DNA of 64,000 nt from an uncultured Oscillospiraceae bacterium (GCA_964408185.1 CAYOYK010000007.1:4232-68231); one strand, 5' to 3'; numbered from the stretch's first letter, positions 1 through 10,093 are shown. Notes: a model not told the origin generated them from the letters alone. Made by a program: numbers and translations.

Positions 1-336
1 CGGCTGCTGGACGTCGCCTCCGATGCGGCGGCGGGGCAGCGGGGCGTGGTGACAAGCGTAACCGTGATCGTTGGGGAGCTGTCCGGCGTGCTGCCGGGCA
101 TGCTGGCCAGCGCGTTTGATATACTCAAGCAGGGCACGCTTTTGGAGCGGGCCGAGCTTCGCGTGCAGACGCAGCGGGCGGTTGCCCGCTGTCAGGACTG
201 CGGCGAGGCCTACCGCGCCGAGGGCTTTCCGTGCGCGTGCCCGGCCTGCGGCAGCTATGCCTTCCGGCTGGAGCAGGGCGAGGAGCTGTTTGTCAAGGAG
301 CTGGAGCTTCGAGCCGAGCGAGGAGAGCAAGCATGA
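1..336 (+). CDS. hypA: hydrogenase nickel-insertion metallochaperone HypA (5' end outside window)
   Basis: Frame 1 is open from base 1, and the listed ORF 46-336 is its tail. It has a C-terminal zinc ribbon CQDC...CPAC typical of HypA. The TGA at 334-336 overlaps the next ATG (ATGA). hypF-C-D-E follow directly. Confidence 0.8.
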   Translation, partial: RLLDVASDAAAGQRGVVTSVTVIVGELSGVLPGMLASAFDILKQGTLLERAELRVQTQRAVARCQDCGEAYRAEGFPCACPACGSYAFRLEQGEELFVKELELRAERGEQA

Positions 337-2618
337 GAACCAGATGGACGATGGAGGTGCGCGGCATTGTGCAGGGGGTGGGCTTTCGCCCCTTTGTGCT
401 GCGAGAGGCGAACGCGCTGGGCCTGAGCGGCTCTGTGGCGAACACCGCCTACGGCGTGCGCGCTGTCTGCGAGGGTGAGGCGGCCGACTGTCGGCGGCTC
501 CGCGAGCGCATATTGCATGCCGCGCCGCCCGGCAGCGTGATCTTCTCGCTGGATACGGCCGAGGAGCCGCCGCGGGGCGAGCGCGGCTTTGCCATCCTTT
601 CGTCCTGCGCGGGCGCGCCGCAGGCCGCGATCTCTCCCGATTTGGGCGTCTGCGACGAGTGCGCGCGCGAGCTGCTCGATCCGTCCGACCGACGCTACCG
701 CTATCCGTTCCTCAATTGCACGGCTTGCGGGCCGCGCTTTACCATTGTGCGCCGCGTGCCCTACGACCGCGCCAACACAAGCATGGACGCGTTTACGATG
801 TGCGACCGCTGCGCCGCCGAGTACGCCGATCCCGCCAACCGACGCTTCCACGCCCAGCCGAACGCCTGCGCCGCCTGCGGCCCGCGCTTGACGTGGCTGG
901 AGAACGGTCGGGCGCTGGAGGGCGATCCGCTCGCGCGCTTCGCCGAGGCCATCCGCGCGGGCAAGCTGGTGGGGGTGCGCGGGCTGGGCGGCTATCACCT
1001 AGCCTGCGACGCGACCAACGAAGCCGCCGTGGCTCGCCTGCGCGAGCGCAAGCGCCGCTATGCCAAGCCGCTGGCCGTGATGGTTGCCGATATCGCGGCC
1101 GCGGAGACGCTGTGCCGGCTTGACGAGCGGGAGCGCGCCGCGCTGCTCTCGCCGCGCAAGCCGATCATGCTTCTTCGCCGCAGGCCGGGCGATTCCCTTG
1201 CACCCAGCGTCGCGCCGGGTCAGCGCCACCTTGGGCTGATGCTGCCCTACACGCCGCTCCATCTGCTGCTGATGCAGGGCTCGCCGCCGCTGGTGCTCAC
1301 CAGCGCCAATGTGAGCGACGCGCCCATGCCCTTCCGCGCGGAGGACGCGGCGCGCGTCGCAGCGCTGTGCGACGCGGTGCTCACGCATGACCGCCCCATC
1401 CTGCGCCGCATGGACGATTCCGTCTGCCAGCTTGCGGGCGGCGCGGTGCGGCCCATCCGCCGAGCGCGCGGCTATGCGCCCGAACCGATCCCGCTGCCCG
1501 GCGACGCGCAGACGCTGGCCCTCGGCGCGCAGCAGAAGAATACGTTCTGCCTTACCAAGGAGGGCCGAGCGTACCTGAGCGGCCACATCGGCGATTTGGA
1601 TAACGCGGAGACCCTCGACTTCGCGCGGAACGAGATGGAGGAATACCTGAGCCTGTTTGACGGACATCCGCAGGCAATCGCCTGCGATATGCACCCGGAC
1701 TATGCCTCCACCCGCTTGGCGGATGAGCTCGCGGAACGCTTTCCGCAGGCGCGGCGCGTTGCGGTGCAGCATCACCGCGCGCATTTTGCCTCCGTGCTGG
1801 CCGAGCATCGCCTGCCCGCCGCGCTGGGCTTCATTTGGGACGGCACGGGCTACGGCGACGACGGCACGATTTGGGGCGGCGAGCTGCTGCTGGGAGGGAT
1901 TGCGCAAAGCGAGCGCGTCGGTCGGCTTCGTCCGCTGGTTTTGCCCGGCGGCGAGGCCGCGGTGCGCGAGCCGTGGCGCGTGGCTCTGGCGGCCGTGACC
2001 GAGGCCTGCGACGCGGAGACCGCCGCGCGGCTGTTTGCCGACATGCCCGATCTTGCGATGGTTCGGGAGATTGCGGCTCGCCCGTCGCTCTCGCCGCAAG
2101 CGTCCAGCATGGGGCGGCTGTTTGACGCGGTGGCGGCGGTTGCCGGGCTGGAGACGCACGCGCGGTACGAGGGGCAGGCGGCGGCCTCGCTGGAGCAGCG
2201 CTTGGACGAGGACGCCGTCGGCGCATATACATTTACCATTGATATTGCCTCATCAAAAATGGTAGAATGGGACTGGCGCGCGGTGCTGCGCGCCGCCGTG
2301 CGGGATCGGCTGGCCGGCGAAAGCGCGGGGGCGATCAGCGCGCGGTTCCATCGGGCGCTGGTACGGCTGGCGCTGCAAACCGTCAAGCGCTACCCGGACG
2401 TTCCCGTGGCGCTGTCCGGCGGCGTGTTCCAAAACGCTTGGCTGCTCGGCCATATGATAGACGGGCTTGCGGCGGCGGGCCGACAGGTCTGCGCCAACGA
2501 ACGCGTGCCCGCCAACGACGGCGGCATCTGCTATGGGCAGGCGGCGGTGGCGGCGGCCCTTCTGGAAGGAGACGAGCGGCATGTGTCTGGCGACGCCGGG
2601 GATTGTTCGGCGGATTGA
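333..2618 (+). CDS. hypF: [NiFe]-hydrogenase maturation carbamoyltransferase HypF
   Basis: Within ORF 231-2618 I chose the ATG at 333. Acylphosphatase-like N-terminus (VRGIVQGVGFRPFV). Two zinc-finger pairs (CDECARELLDPSDRRYRYPFLNCTACGPRFT; CDRCAAEYADPANRRFHAQPNACAACGP). YrdC-like block (GVRGLGGYHLACDA) and a Kae1-like C-terminal half. Confidence 0.95.
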   Translation: MRTRWTMEVRGIVQGVGFRPFVLREANALGLSGSVANTAYGVRAVCEGEAADCRRLRERILHAAPPGSVIFSLDTAEEPPRGERGFAILSSCAGAPQAAISPDLGVCDECARELLDPSDRRYRYPFLNCTACGPRFTIVRRVPYDRANTSMDAFTMCDRCAAEYADPANRRFHAQPNACAACGPRLTWLENGRALEGDPLARFAEAIRAGKLVGVRGLGGYHLACDATNEAAVARLRERKRRYAKPLAVMVADIAAAETLCRLDERERAALLSPRKPIMLLRRRPGDSLAPSVAPGQRHLGLMLPYTPLHLLLMQGSPPLVLTSANVSDAPMPFRAEDAARVAALCDAVLTHDRPILRRMDDSVCQLAGGAVRPIRRARGYAPEPIPLPGDAQTLALGAQQKNTFCLTKEGRAYLSGHIGDLDNAETLDFARNEMEEYLSLFDGHPQAIACDMHPDYASTRLADELAERFPQARRVAVQHHRAHFASVLAEHRLPAALGFIWDGTGYGDDGTIWGGELLLGGIAQSERVGRLRPLVLPGGEAAVREPWRVALAAVTEACDAETAARLFADMPDLAMVREIAARPSLSPQASSMGRLFDAVAAVAGLETHARYEGQAAASLEQRLDEDAVGAYTFTIDIASSKMVEWDWRAVLRAAVRDRLAGESAGAISARFHRALVRLALQTVKRYPDVPVALSGGVFQNAWLLGHMIDGLAAAGRQVCANERVPANDGGICYGQAAVAAALLEGDERHVSGDAGDCSAD

Positions 2619-2799
2619 GAACGGTGAGGCCGTGGTGGATTACGACGGCGTATCGCGCCGCGCCGAGCTGACGCTGCTTCCCGACGCGAAGGTCGGCGAC
2701 CGGGTGCTGGTGCACGCGGGTTTTGCCATTGCGGTCATGAGCGAGCGCGAGGGCGACGAGCTCATCCGCCTCAACCGGGAGGTCACCTTTCATGGCTGA
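2581..2799 (+). CDS. hypC: hydrogenase assembly chaperone HypC
   Basis: Internal ATG of ORF 2467-2799 gives the N-terminus MCLATPG (essential Cys2) and a 72-aa protein with VGDRVLVHAGFAI. It overlaps the hypF 3' end by 38 nt. Confidence 0.9.
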   Translation: MCLATPGIVRRIENGEAVVDYDGVSRRAELTLLPDAKVGDRVLVHAGFAIAVMSEREGDELIRLNREVTFHG

Positions 2800-3862
2800 C
2801 GCGAGGGCGCTGGCGGAGGCGCTGTGCCGCGTGGAAACGCCGCCCACCACCGTCATGGAGGTCTGCGGCACGCACACGCAAAGCGTGGCGCGGTATGCGC
2901 TGCGGCAGCTCCTGCCGGAACGGATGACGCTGGTGTCTGGCCCCGGCTGCCCCGTCTGCGTGACGGACGACGCGGAAATTGAGCGCGCGCTGCATCTGGC
3001 GCGGCAGCCCGGCGTAACGCTGTTCAGCTTTGGCGATATGCTCCGCGTGCCGCTCTCTGGCGGGCGGGACAGCCTGCTCCGCGCCCGCGAGCAGGGCGCG
3101 GACGTGCGGCTAGCCACCTCGCCGATGGACGCGTTGCGGGCGGCGCTGGTGGAGCCGAACCGACAGATCGTCTGGTTCGCCGTCGGCTTTGAGACCACCG
3201 CGCCGCTTACCGCCGCGCTTGTGCGCCGCGCGCGGGAGCTGGACGCGCCCAACCTGACCGTCCTTTGCGCGCACAAGACCATGCCGTCGGCACTCCGCGC
3301 GCTGCTGGGCGACACCAACCGCGTGCAGGCGCTCCTTTGCCCCGGCCATGTGGCGGTTGTTACCGGCGCGGAGGCGTTCCGCTTCGTCCCGGACGAGTTG
3401 GGCCTCCCGGCGGCGGTATCTGGCTTTGCTCCCGCCGAGATCCTCACGGCGCTGTTGGACATCGCGCGCATGCGTGCCGATGGCAAAGCGGCGCTGCACA
3501 ACGATTATCCGTCGGCGGTTTCGGCGCGGGGCAACCGGACGGCGCTCGCGCTGATGGACGAGGTGCTCGCGCCGTGCGACGCGCGCTGGCGCGGGCTGGG
3601 GCGCATCCCCGGCAGCGGGCTGGCGCTTCGGCCGGAGTACGCGGCGTTTGACGCGCTGGCGCGCTTTGACCTGCCCGATCAGGCGGAGCAGACCGCCGAT
3701 TCGGCTCGCGGCTGCCGCTGCGCGGAGATCCTGCGCGGCGAGTGCCGCCCGACCGATTGCCCGCTGTTTGGCAAGGCCTGCACGCCGGATTGTCCCTCCG
3801 GGCCGTGCATGGTATCGTCCGAGGGCGCGTGCGCGGCGGCGTATCAGTATGGAGGCGTGTAA
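2792..3862 (+). CDS. hypD: hydrogenase maturation protein HypD
   Basis: 356 aa with the CGTHT and GPGCPVCVT motifs characteristic of HypD. It overlaps hypC by 8 nt. Confidence 0.95.
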   Translation: MADARALAEALCRVETPPTTVMEVCGTHTQSVARYALRQLLPERMTLVSGPGCPVCVTDDAEIERALHLARQPGVTLFSFGDMLRVPLSGGRDSLLRAREQGADVRLATSPMDALRAALVEPNRQIVWFAVGFETTAPLTAALVRRARELDAPNLTVLCAHKTMPSALRALLGDTNRVQALLCPGHVAVVTGAEAFRFVPDELGLPAAVSGFAPAEILTALLDIARMRADGKAALHNDYPSAVSARGNRTALALMDEVLAPCDARWRGLGRIPGSGLALRPEYAAFDALARFDLPDQAEQTADSARGCRCAEILRGECRPTDCPLFGKACTPDCPSGPCMVSSEGACAAAYQYGGV

Positions 3863-4866
3863 TGGAAAGGGAGATCACATTGGCCCACGGCGCGGGAGGG
3901 CAGGCGTATCGAGAGCTGGTGCGGGACGTGTTTGTTCCCGCTTACGGCTCGCGGGAGCTGCGCGAGCTGGGCGACGCGGCCCTGTGTCGGCTTGACGAGC
4001 AAACCGGCCTTGCGTTTACGACGGACGGCTTCGTGGTAAGGCCGCTGTTCTTTCCGGGCGGGGATATCGGCAGCCTGTGCGTATCCGGCACGGTGAACGA
4101 TTTGGCCGTATCGGGCGCGGTGCCTCGCTTTTTAAGCGTGTCCATGATCGTGGAGGCAGGCTTTTCCGTGGAGGAGCTCAGGCGCGTGTCGCAATCCATC
4201 GCGCGGACGGCGGAGGCCGCTCAGGTGCGCGTGGTGACGGGCGATACCAAGGTGGTGGAGCGCGGCATGGCCGACGGTCTGTATGTGACCACGGCGGGCG
4301 TGGGCTCGCTGGACGGCGGCTGGGCGCTGCCGGGCCAGCGCCCGGAGGTCGGCGACGCGCTGATCGTGTCCGGGCCGATTGCCAGCCACGGCATGGCGGT
4401 GATGGCCGCGCGCGAGGCCCTGCGGTTTGAGCCGCCGATTCAAAGCGACGCGAGGCCGCTGGCCGGGCTGGCGCGCGCGGTCTATCAGACGGGCGTGCCC
4501 GTGCACGCCATGCGCGACCCGACGCGCGGCGGCGTGGGCGCGACGCTCTGCGAGTGGACGAACCCCGGTGTAGACCTGCTCATTGACGAGCCGGACTTGC
4601 CCATCCGCGCGGATGTGCGGTCTGCCTGCGCGCTGCTGGGCATGGAGCCGCTCTTTGTCGCCAACGAGGGCGTTTTCCTGCTGGCCGTGCCAAGCGACCG
4701 GGCCGACGAGGCGCTTGCCGCGCTGCGCGGCCATCCCGACGGCCGGGACGCGACCGTCATCGGGCGCGCGACGGCGGGCGAGGGCCGCGTGCTGGCCCAA
4801 ACGGAGCTTGGCACGAGGCGCCCAATCCTCATGCCGAGGGGCGAGCTGCTGCCCCGCATCTGCTAA
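3862..4866 (+). CDS. hypE: hydrogenase maturation protein HypE (carbamoyl dehydratase)
   Basis: Internal ATG at 3862 (TAATG overlap with the hypD stop). N-terminus ITLAHGAGG, PurM/AIR-synthase-like body, and the conserved C-terminal PRIC. Confidence 0.95.
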   Translation: MEREITLAHGAGGQAYRELVRDVFVPAYGSRELRELGDAALCRLDEQTGLAFTTDGFVVRPLFFPGGDIGSLCVSGTVNDLAVSGAVPRFLSVSMIVEAGFSVEELRRVSQSIARTAEAAQVRVVTGDTKVVERGMADGLYVTTAGVGSLDGGWALPGQRPEVGDALIVSGPIASHGMAVMAAREALRFEPPIQSDARPLAGLARAVYQTGVPVHAMRDPTRGGVGATLCEWTNPGVDLLIDEPDLPIRADVRSACALLGMEPLFVANEGVFLLAVPSDRADEALAALRGHPDGRDATVIGRATAGEGRVLAQTELGTRRPILMPRGELLPRIC

Positions 4867-4892
4867 ACGCGCATACGGAAGGAGTTGCCGGA

Positions 4893-6302
4893 ATGATCCT
4901 GTTGGTTTGCGTAGGCGCGCCGCTGCTGGGAGCGTTTTTGCTCCCGCTGATTGGCCGCCGCTCGGAAAAGGCGCGCAACGCCGCGTCGCTGGGGCTGATC
5001 CTTACGGCGCTGGTCTGCGCGACGGTTGCGCTGATCGGCGTGCTGCAAGGGCGCGCGCCCGGCGTGCGCGCAGAGCTGCCGCTGGGGCTGTCCATGGGCT
5101 TTCAGGCCGATGCGCTGGCGGTGTTTATGGCGCTGACGGCCTGCGCGGTGGCGGCGGCGATTGTGGTGTATTCCTTTGGCTACATGAAAGAATACACGCA
5201 CCTCAACGAGTACTACATGATGGTCACGTTCTTCATCGGCGCGATGATGGGCTTTGTGTTTTCCACCAATCTGGTGGAGGTCTACCTCTTTTGGGAGTGC
5301 TCGTCGCTGTGCTGCTGGCGGCTGATCGGCTTTTACCGGGACGATGTGTCCATCAAGCGCGCCAATAAGGCGTTCATGGTCACGGTGTTCGGCGCGCTGC
5401 TGATGCTGCTGGGCTTTCTGGGCATCTACGGGCAGACCGGCACGATGGAGCTGTCCGCGCTGCGCGGCGTGCAAATCCCCACATGGTCGGCTGTGCTGAT
5501 CCTTTGCGGCATACTGTCCAAGTCGGCTACATTCCCGCTGCACAACTGGCTGCCGGACGCGGGCGTGGCGCCCTCGCCGGTTACGTCGCTGCTGCACGCG
5601 GCGGTGCTGGTGAAAATTGGCGTGTACTTCTACGCGAGGCTGTTCGGGCTTACGGTGCTGGTCGATCCGGCGTTTACGGCCATCGTGCCGATCATCGCGG
5701 CGGTATCGGCGCTGATATCCGCCGGGTGCGCATTGGTAGCCAACGACCTCAAGCGCGTGGTGGCGTACTCGACCATCAGCCAGCTTGCGTTTATTCTGCT
5801 GGGTTTGAGCTGCGGCTCCGAGACCGGGCTTGTGGGCGGCCTGCTGTATATCTTGGCGCACAGCGTGGCCAAGGCCGGGCTGTTCCTCTGCTGCGGCATT
5901 GTGGAGCACAACGTCCATACCAAGGATCTATCCAAGATCGGCGGCCTTGGCCGCTCCATGCCGCGCACGGCGGCGGCGTTTGCGCTGTGCGCGCTGTCGG
6001 TGATGGGCCTGCCGCCGTTCAGCGGCTTTTTTGCCAAGTATTTGGTTATCTCCGGTGCGGTGGAGGCAAACCAACCGTGGATCGCGGTTGTGTTTATTCT
6101 CGGCGCGGTGATGACGGTGCTGTATCTGCTGCGCCTGTTCGTTAAGGTATTCCTTGGCAAGCCGACCTTTCCGGACGCGCGCGAGGGCACCGGCACGATG
6201 GTCGGCGCGGCCGTCGGGCTTGCGGCGCTCGCGCTTGCGCTGGGCTTTGTGATGGCGTGGCCGTCCGGGCTGGCCGCGTTGGTAGGGGGTGCGATGCTAT
6301 GA
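4893..6302 (+). CDS. antiporter-like membrane subunit of group-4 hydrogenase (NuoM/N / MnhD / HyfB family)
   Basis: 469 aa, polytopic. Family block HNWLPDAGVAPSPVTSLLHAAVLVKIGVYFYARL. RBS GGAG lies upstream. Confidence 0.85.
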   Translation: MILLVCVGAPLLGAFLLPLIGRRSEKARNAASLGLILTALVCATVALIGVLQGRAPGVRAELPLGLSMGFQADALAVFMALTACAVAAAIVVYSFGYMKEYTHLNEYYMMVTFFIGAMMGFVFSTNLVEVYLFWECSSLCCWRLIGFYRDDVSIKRANKAFMVTVFGALLMLLGFLGIYGQTGTMELSALRGVQIPTWSAVLILCGILSKSATFPLHNWLPDAGVAPSPVTSLLHAAVLVKIGVYFYARLFGLTVLVDPAFTAIVPIIAAVSALISAGCALVANDLKRVVAYSTISQLAFILLGLSCGSETGLVGGLLYILAHSVAKAGLFLCCGIVEHNVHTKDLSKIGGLGRSMPRTAAAFALCALSVMGLPPFSGFFAKYLVISGAVEANQPWIAVVFILGAVMTVLYLLRLFVKVFLGKPTFPDAREGTGTMVGAAVGLAALALALGFVMAWPSGLAALVGGAML

Positions 6303-8110
6303 TGGGAGCGCTTTTGCTGCTGCCGCTGATTGCGGGCTGCCTGCTGTGGCTGCTGCGCAAAAACAAGGCCGCAAGCCTCGCGGTCACGCTGATCTGCTCG
6401 CTGGGGCATCTGGCGCTGGCGGGTTACGCCTGCCAGCCGGGCGCGAGCCTGACGTTTGGCTTCGTGCCGTATGGCTTCGAGGGCGTTTTTGCGGCGGACA
6501 GCCTCACGCGGCTGTATTTGCTCATGGCGGCGGGGATGTTCCCCGTGCTGGCGGTATTCTCGTGGGACGCGTGCAAAAACAGGCCGTGGGGCGGCGCGTA
6601 TCTGTTCTGCCTGTATGTGAGCCTTGCGATGATCGACGGCGCGATTTTGAGCGATCATCTGGCGCTGACGCTGTTCTTCTGGGAGGGTCTGCTGTGCACG
6701 ATGCTGGGCATGCTGCTCCTGCGCAACGCGGAGAATCCCCACACGGCGCAAAAGGCGCTGATCGTCGATGGCACGGGCGACCTGCTGCTGATGCTGGGCA
6801 TTGCGCTTACCATCCACGCGGCGGGCACGGGGCGCATCAGCGAGATGCGCGCGCTGCCTGTCAGCGGTTGGGGCGCGGTCGGGTGCGCGTGCCTGCTGGC
6901 CGGATCGCTTGGCAAGGCGGGTTGCATGCCGTTCCATTCTTGGATCCCCGAAGCCGCCAAGGACGCTCCCACGCCCTTTTTAGCGGCATTCCCCGGCTCG
7001 CTGGAAAAAATCCTCGGCGTGTACCTCGCCTCGCGGGTGATCACGCAGATGTATGATTTTCAGCCCGGCTCGCCGATGAGCGTCGCGGTTTGCGCCGTGG
7101 GCGCGGTTACGCTGTTTGGCGGCGTGGCGATGGCGCTCATCCAAAAGGATATGAAGCGACTGCTGGCCTATCACGCCATCTCGCAGGTCGGGTACATCGT
7201 GCTGGGGCTTGGCACGGGGCTTCCCGTGGGCGTCATCGGCGCGGCGTATCACCTGCTGAACAACGCGATCTACAAATCGGGCCTGTTCATGGCGGCGGGC
7301 ATGGTGGAGACGCAGGCGGGCACGACCGATCTGCACCAGCTGGGCGGCTTGCGGCGCAAAATGCCGATCACGGCGGTTTGCACGGTGATCTTCGCGCTGT
7401 CCATCGCGGGCTTTCCGCTTACCAACGGCTTTACGTCCAAGGAGCTGATCTTCGACGCGGCGCTGGAGACCAACATCGTGTTCTACATTGTCGCTGTCGC
7501 GGGCGCGTTTATGACGGCGGCGTCCTTCCTCAAGCTGACGCGGGCGGCGTTCTTTGGCAAGGAGAGGGCCCCGGTCGATCGGGTGCGCGAGGCGGGGCCT
7601 GCCAGCCTGATCCCCACGGCGCTGCTGGCGCTGGCCTGCCTGCTGTGCGCGGCGTGGCCCGCGCTGCCGCTGGACACATGGCTGGGCGCTGGCTACGGCT
7701 ATGCGCAGAGCTTTGCGGCCATCCCCAAATCCCCCGTTCTGGTTGCGATTTCCTGCGGGATGCTTGCGCTGGCGGCGCTTGACCACTGGTATGGGAGCCG
7801 CAGGACGGGCTCGGCCCTACAGGCGGCCGATCACCTGCACAACCTGCCGGGCGTGAAGCAGCTCTACGCGCTTGCCGAGAAGGGAGTCTTCGATCCCTAC
7901 AACTGGTTTATGGCCATCGCCAACGGCTTCTCGCTGGCCTGCGCAAAGGTGGAGCAGGGCGTTACGTGGCTGTACGACGCGGGCATTCCCGGCGCGCAGA
8001 AGGCGGTGGGCGGCCTGCTGTCCCGGCTGGATAACGGAAGCCTGCCGCGGTATCTGCTGCTTGCGATGGCGGGCGTGGCCGCGGTGGCGCTCATCTTCCT
8101 GCTGGCTTAA
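6299..8110 (+). CDS. antiporter-like membrane subunit, NuoL-like (long C-terminal extension)
   Basis: Within ORF 6257-8110 the ATG at 6299 overlaps the previous stop (ATGA). Block HSWIPEAAKDAPTPFLAAFPG. About 150 aa of extra C-terminal amphipathic sequence ends in a terminal TM (LLLAMAGVAAVALIFLLA), as in NuoL/MnhA. Confidence 0.85.
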   Translation: MMGALLLLPLIAGCLLWLLRKNKAASLAVTLICSLGHLALAGYACQPGASLTFGFVPYGFEGVFAADSLTRLYLLMAAGMFPVLAVFSWDACKNRPWGGAYLFCLYVSLAMIDGAILSDHLALTLFFWEGLLCTMLGMLLLRNAENPHTAQKALIVDGTGDLLLMLGIALTIHAAGTGRISEMRALPVSGWGAVGCACLLAGSLGKAGCMPFHSWIPEAAKDAPTPFLAAFPGSLEKILGVYLASRVITQMYDFQPGSPMSVAVCAVGAVTLFGGVAMALIQKDMKRLLAYHAISQVGYIVLGLGTGLPVGVIGAAYHLLNNAIYKSGLFMAAGMVETQAGTTDLHQLGGLRRKMPITAVCTVIFALSIAGFPLTNGFTSKELIFDAALETNIVFYIVAVAGAFMTAASFLKLTRAAFFGKERAPVDRVREAGPASLIPTALLALACLLCAAWPALPLDTWLGAGYGYAQSFAAIPKSPVLVAISCGMLALAALDHWYGSRRTGSALQAADHLHNLPGVKQLYALAEKGVFDPYNWFMAIANGFSLACAKVEQGVTWLYDAGIPGAQKAVGGLLSRLDNGSLPRYLLLAMAGVAAVALIFLLA

Positions 8111-8130
8111 CGGAAAGGAGAGATACAGAT

Positions 8131-9588
8131 ATGGTAAGCGTATGCGCGCATGGGTTTGTATTGGCTCCGATCCTTGTGGTGCTGGTATACAACCTGTTTC
8201 AGCACGACTTTGCCCGGAAGCATTTTGTTTGGTTTGCCGGCGCGGGCGCAATGTGGCAAATGGTCTCGGCGCTGGCCTGCGTGTTCTTCCTGCGCACGGA
8301 AGGGCTGACGAGCTATCCGTTCTCCATCCTGTGGACGCGCGCGGCGGGCACGGGCTACTTTGAGCTGAGCGTGCTCAAGCTGTTCCTGCTGTTTGTAATC
8401 GGGCTGGTTTCGTTTATCTCGGTGCTGATCGCCAAAAGGACGATCGACCAAAACCGCTCGTCCTACACCAATCTGCTGATGATCCTCATGCTTGGCATGA
8501 ACGGCATGCTGCTGGTGACGGACTTGTTCTCGCTGTATGTATTCTTGGAGGTCACGGGCATCTGCTGCTTTGTCATGATCGCAATGTTTCGCACGCGCGT
8601 GGACTTGGAGGGCTCGTTCAAGTACTTGGTCATGAGCGAGCTGGCCAGCATTTTTCTGCTCACGGGCATGGCCTTCCTGTTTATGAAAACGGGCTCTCTG
8701 CGCTATAACGATCTGCGCGGGCTGATGAACGCGCTGAACATGAGCCACCTGCAAGACAGGCTTGTGCGCGTGGGGTTGGTGCTGCTGCTGTCCGGGTTTG
8801 CGCTGAAGGCGGGGGTGGTGCCGTTCCACAGTTGGCTCCCGGACGCGCACCAGAGCGCGGATACCTCCGTGTCTGTGCTGCTGAGCGGCATCGTAATCAA
8901 AATTGCGGGCGTGTACGGGCTGATGACCATCAGCCGTCTCTTCGGGAGCGATCCCGCCGTGCGCGTCACGCTGGCCGCGCTGGGCGTGCTGACCATTCTG
9001 GTGGGCGCGCTGCTGGCGTATCGGCAGGGGCACTTCAAGCGGGTGATCGCTTACTCCAGCGTATCGCAGATGGGCTACATTATGCTGGCGCTCTCCACGG
9101 ATACCACGCTGGGGCTGGTGGCCGCGCTGGCGCACATGTTCAGCCACGCGGTGTTCAAGTCCACGCTGTTTGCCAACGCCGCCGCCATTCACGAGCAGAC
9201 GGGCAGCTTGGAGCTGAAGGATCTGGGCGGCTTGGAGGAACGCATGCCCAAGACCGCGTTTACATCGGTCATCGCGTTCCTGTCCACGGCGGGCATTCCG
9301 CCGATGATGGGCTTCTGGTCCAAACTGCTGATTTTGATGGCGCTGTGGACGTGCGGGCAGCCCGTGCTGGCAGGCATCGCGCTGATTGCCAGCATCCTCA
9401 CGGCGGCGTATCTGGTTCGCCTGCAAACGCGCGTGTTCTTTGGCAAGATCAAGGATTCGCTCACGCAGGTCAAGGAGATCCGCGGCACGGTGCTGTCCGC
9501 CGAGGTGCTGCTCACCGTCGTCAATATCGGCGTGGGCGTGCTGTATCCGGCGATTCTGGTTTTCCTGCGCGCGCAGGGCATTCTGTAA
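8131..9588 (+). CDS. antiporter-like membrane subunit (NuoN/M / MnhD family)
   Basis: 485 aa, polytopic. Block HSWLPDAHQSADTSVSVLLSGIVIKIAGVYG. RBS GGAGAG lies upstream. Confidence 0.85.
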   Translation: MVSVCAHGFVLAPILVVLVYNLFQHDFARKHFVWFAGAGAMWQMVSALACVFFLRTEGLTSYPFSILWTRAAGTGYFELSVLKLFLLFVIGLVSFISVLIAKRTIDQNRSSYTNLLMILMLGMNGMLLVTDLFSLYVFLEVTGICCFVMIAMFRTRVDLEGSFKYLVMSELASIFLLTGMAFLFMKTGSLRYNDLRGLMNALNMSHLQDRLVRVGLVLLLSGFALKAGVVPFHSWLPDAHQSADTSVSVLLSGIVIKIAGVYGLMTISRLFGSDPAVRVTLAALGVLTILVGALLAYRQGHFKRVIAYSSVSQMGYIMLALSTDTTLGLVAALAHMFSHAVFKSTLFANAAAIHEQTGSLELKDLGGLEERMPKTAFTSVIAFLSTAGIPPMMGFWSKLLILMALWTCGQPVLAGIALIASILTAAYLVRLQTRVFFGKIKDSLTQVKEIRGTVLSAEVLLTVVNIGVGVLYPAILVFLRAQGIL

Positions 9589-9595
9589 GGAGGCG

Positions 9596-10093
9596 ATGGG
9601 CATGGCGATGGAAATGATTTGCGCGGTGCTGATGCTGACATTCGGCGTGTACGCCGTGATCAGCCGCAGCATTCTGCGCTCGGCCATCGGGCTGGCGCTG
9701 GCGAGCGCCGCGTTGGCCTCGCTGTTCTATCTCATGGGCGCGGAGCTGACGGCGATGTTTGAGCTGTCGGTCTGCTCCGGGCTGGTGACGGTGATCTTTA
9801 TCGCGGGCGTGAGCTTATCGCACTCGCCGAAGATGGACCTGCAAACCGAGTACCGGGATAACGAGCGCAATCGGTTTTTGCCGGCGCTGCTCATCGCCGT
9901 GGGCGCGGTGATGATCGTTTTGGCGCTGGTGGTGGGCGGCGAGCCCCTCGCGTTTGCCCTGCCGGACGGCAAAAACGTGAAGGATGTGCTCTGGCACGAG
10001 CGGCAGGCGGATGTATGGGGACAGATCGCGGCGATACTGTGCGGCGGCGTGGCGGTGGCTGTGCTCTTTCGCGAGGAAAGGCGGGATCAGTAA
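9596..10093 (+). CDS. small membrane subunit, NuoJ / MbhD-E-like
   Basis: Internal ATG of ORF 9386-10093 sits just after RBS AGGAGG. 165 aa, about 5 TM. The stretch ELSVCSGLVTVIFIAGVSL resembles the NuoJ core helix. Confidence 0.55.
   Translation: MGMAMEMICAVLMLTFGVYAVISRSILRSAIGLALASAALASLFYLMGAELTAMFELSVCSGLVTVIFIAGVSLSHSPKMDLQTEYRDNERNRFLPALLIAVGAVMIVLALVVGGEPLAFALPDGKNVKDVLWHERQADVWGQIAAILCGGVAVAVLFREERRDQ

Noticed and set aside
231-332. N-terminal extensions of listed ORFs. Examples: hypF from 231, hypE from 3742, 9386, 10015, 11197, 12801, 13409, 14598, 19577, 21520, 23339, 25887, 26225, 36201, 42601, 50183, 52395 and 59778. On the minus strand: 29291-30178, 30739-32208, 45096-47579, 50066-51118 and 55511-56617.
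   Set aside because: The extensions overlap the preceding gene and are Arg/Pro/Gly-rich. In each case an internal start with an RBS or a stop-start overlap gives the canonical family N-terminus.
999-2159. Long antisense ORFs throughout the window. Examples: 999-2159 (-), 2383-3501 (-), 4863-5918 (-), 5630-6937 (-), 8107-9687 (-), 11506-12735 (-), 14937-16400 (-), 16385-17521 (-), 17478-18896 (-), 21487-23349 (-), 23279-25294 (-).
   Set aside because: Each lies opposite a gene with clear family motifs. Their translations are Arg/Ala/Gly/His/Gln-rich low-information strings, typical of stop-poor antisense frames in GC-rich DNA.
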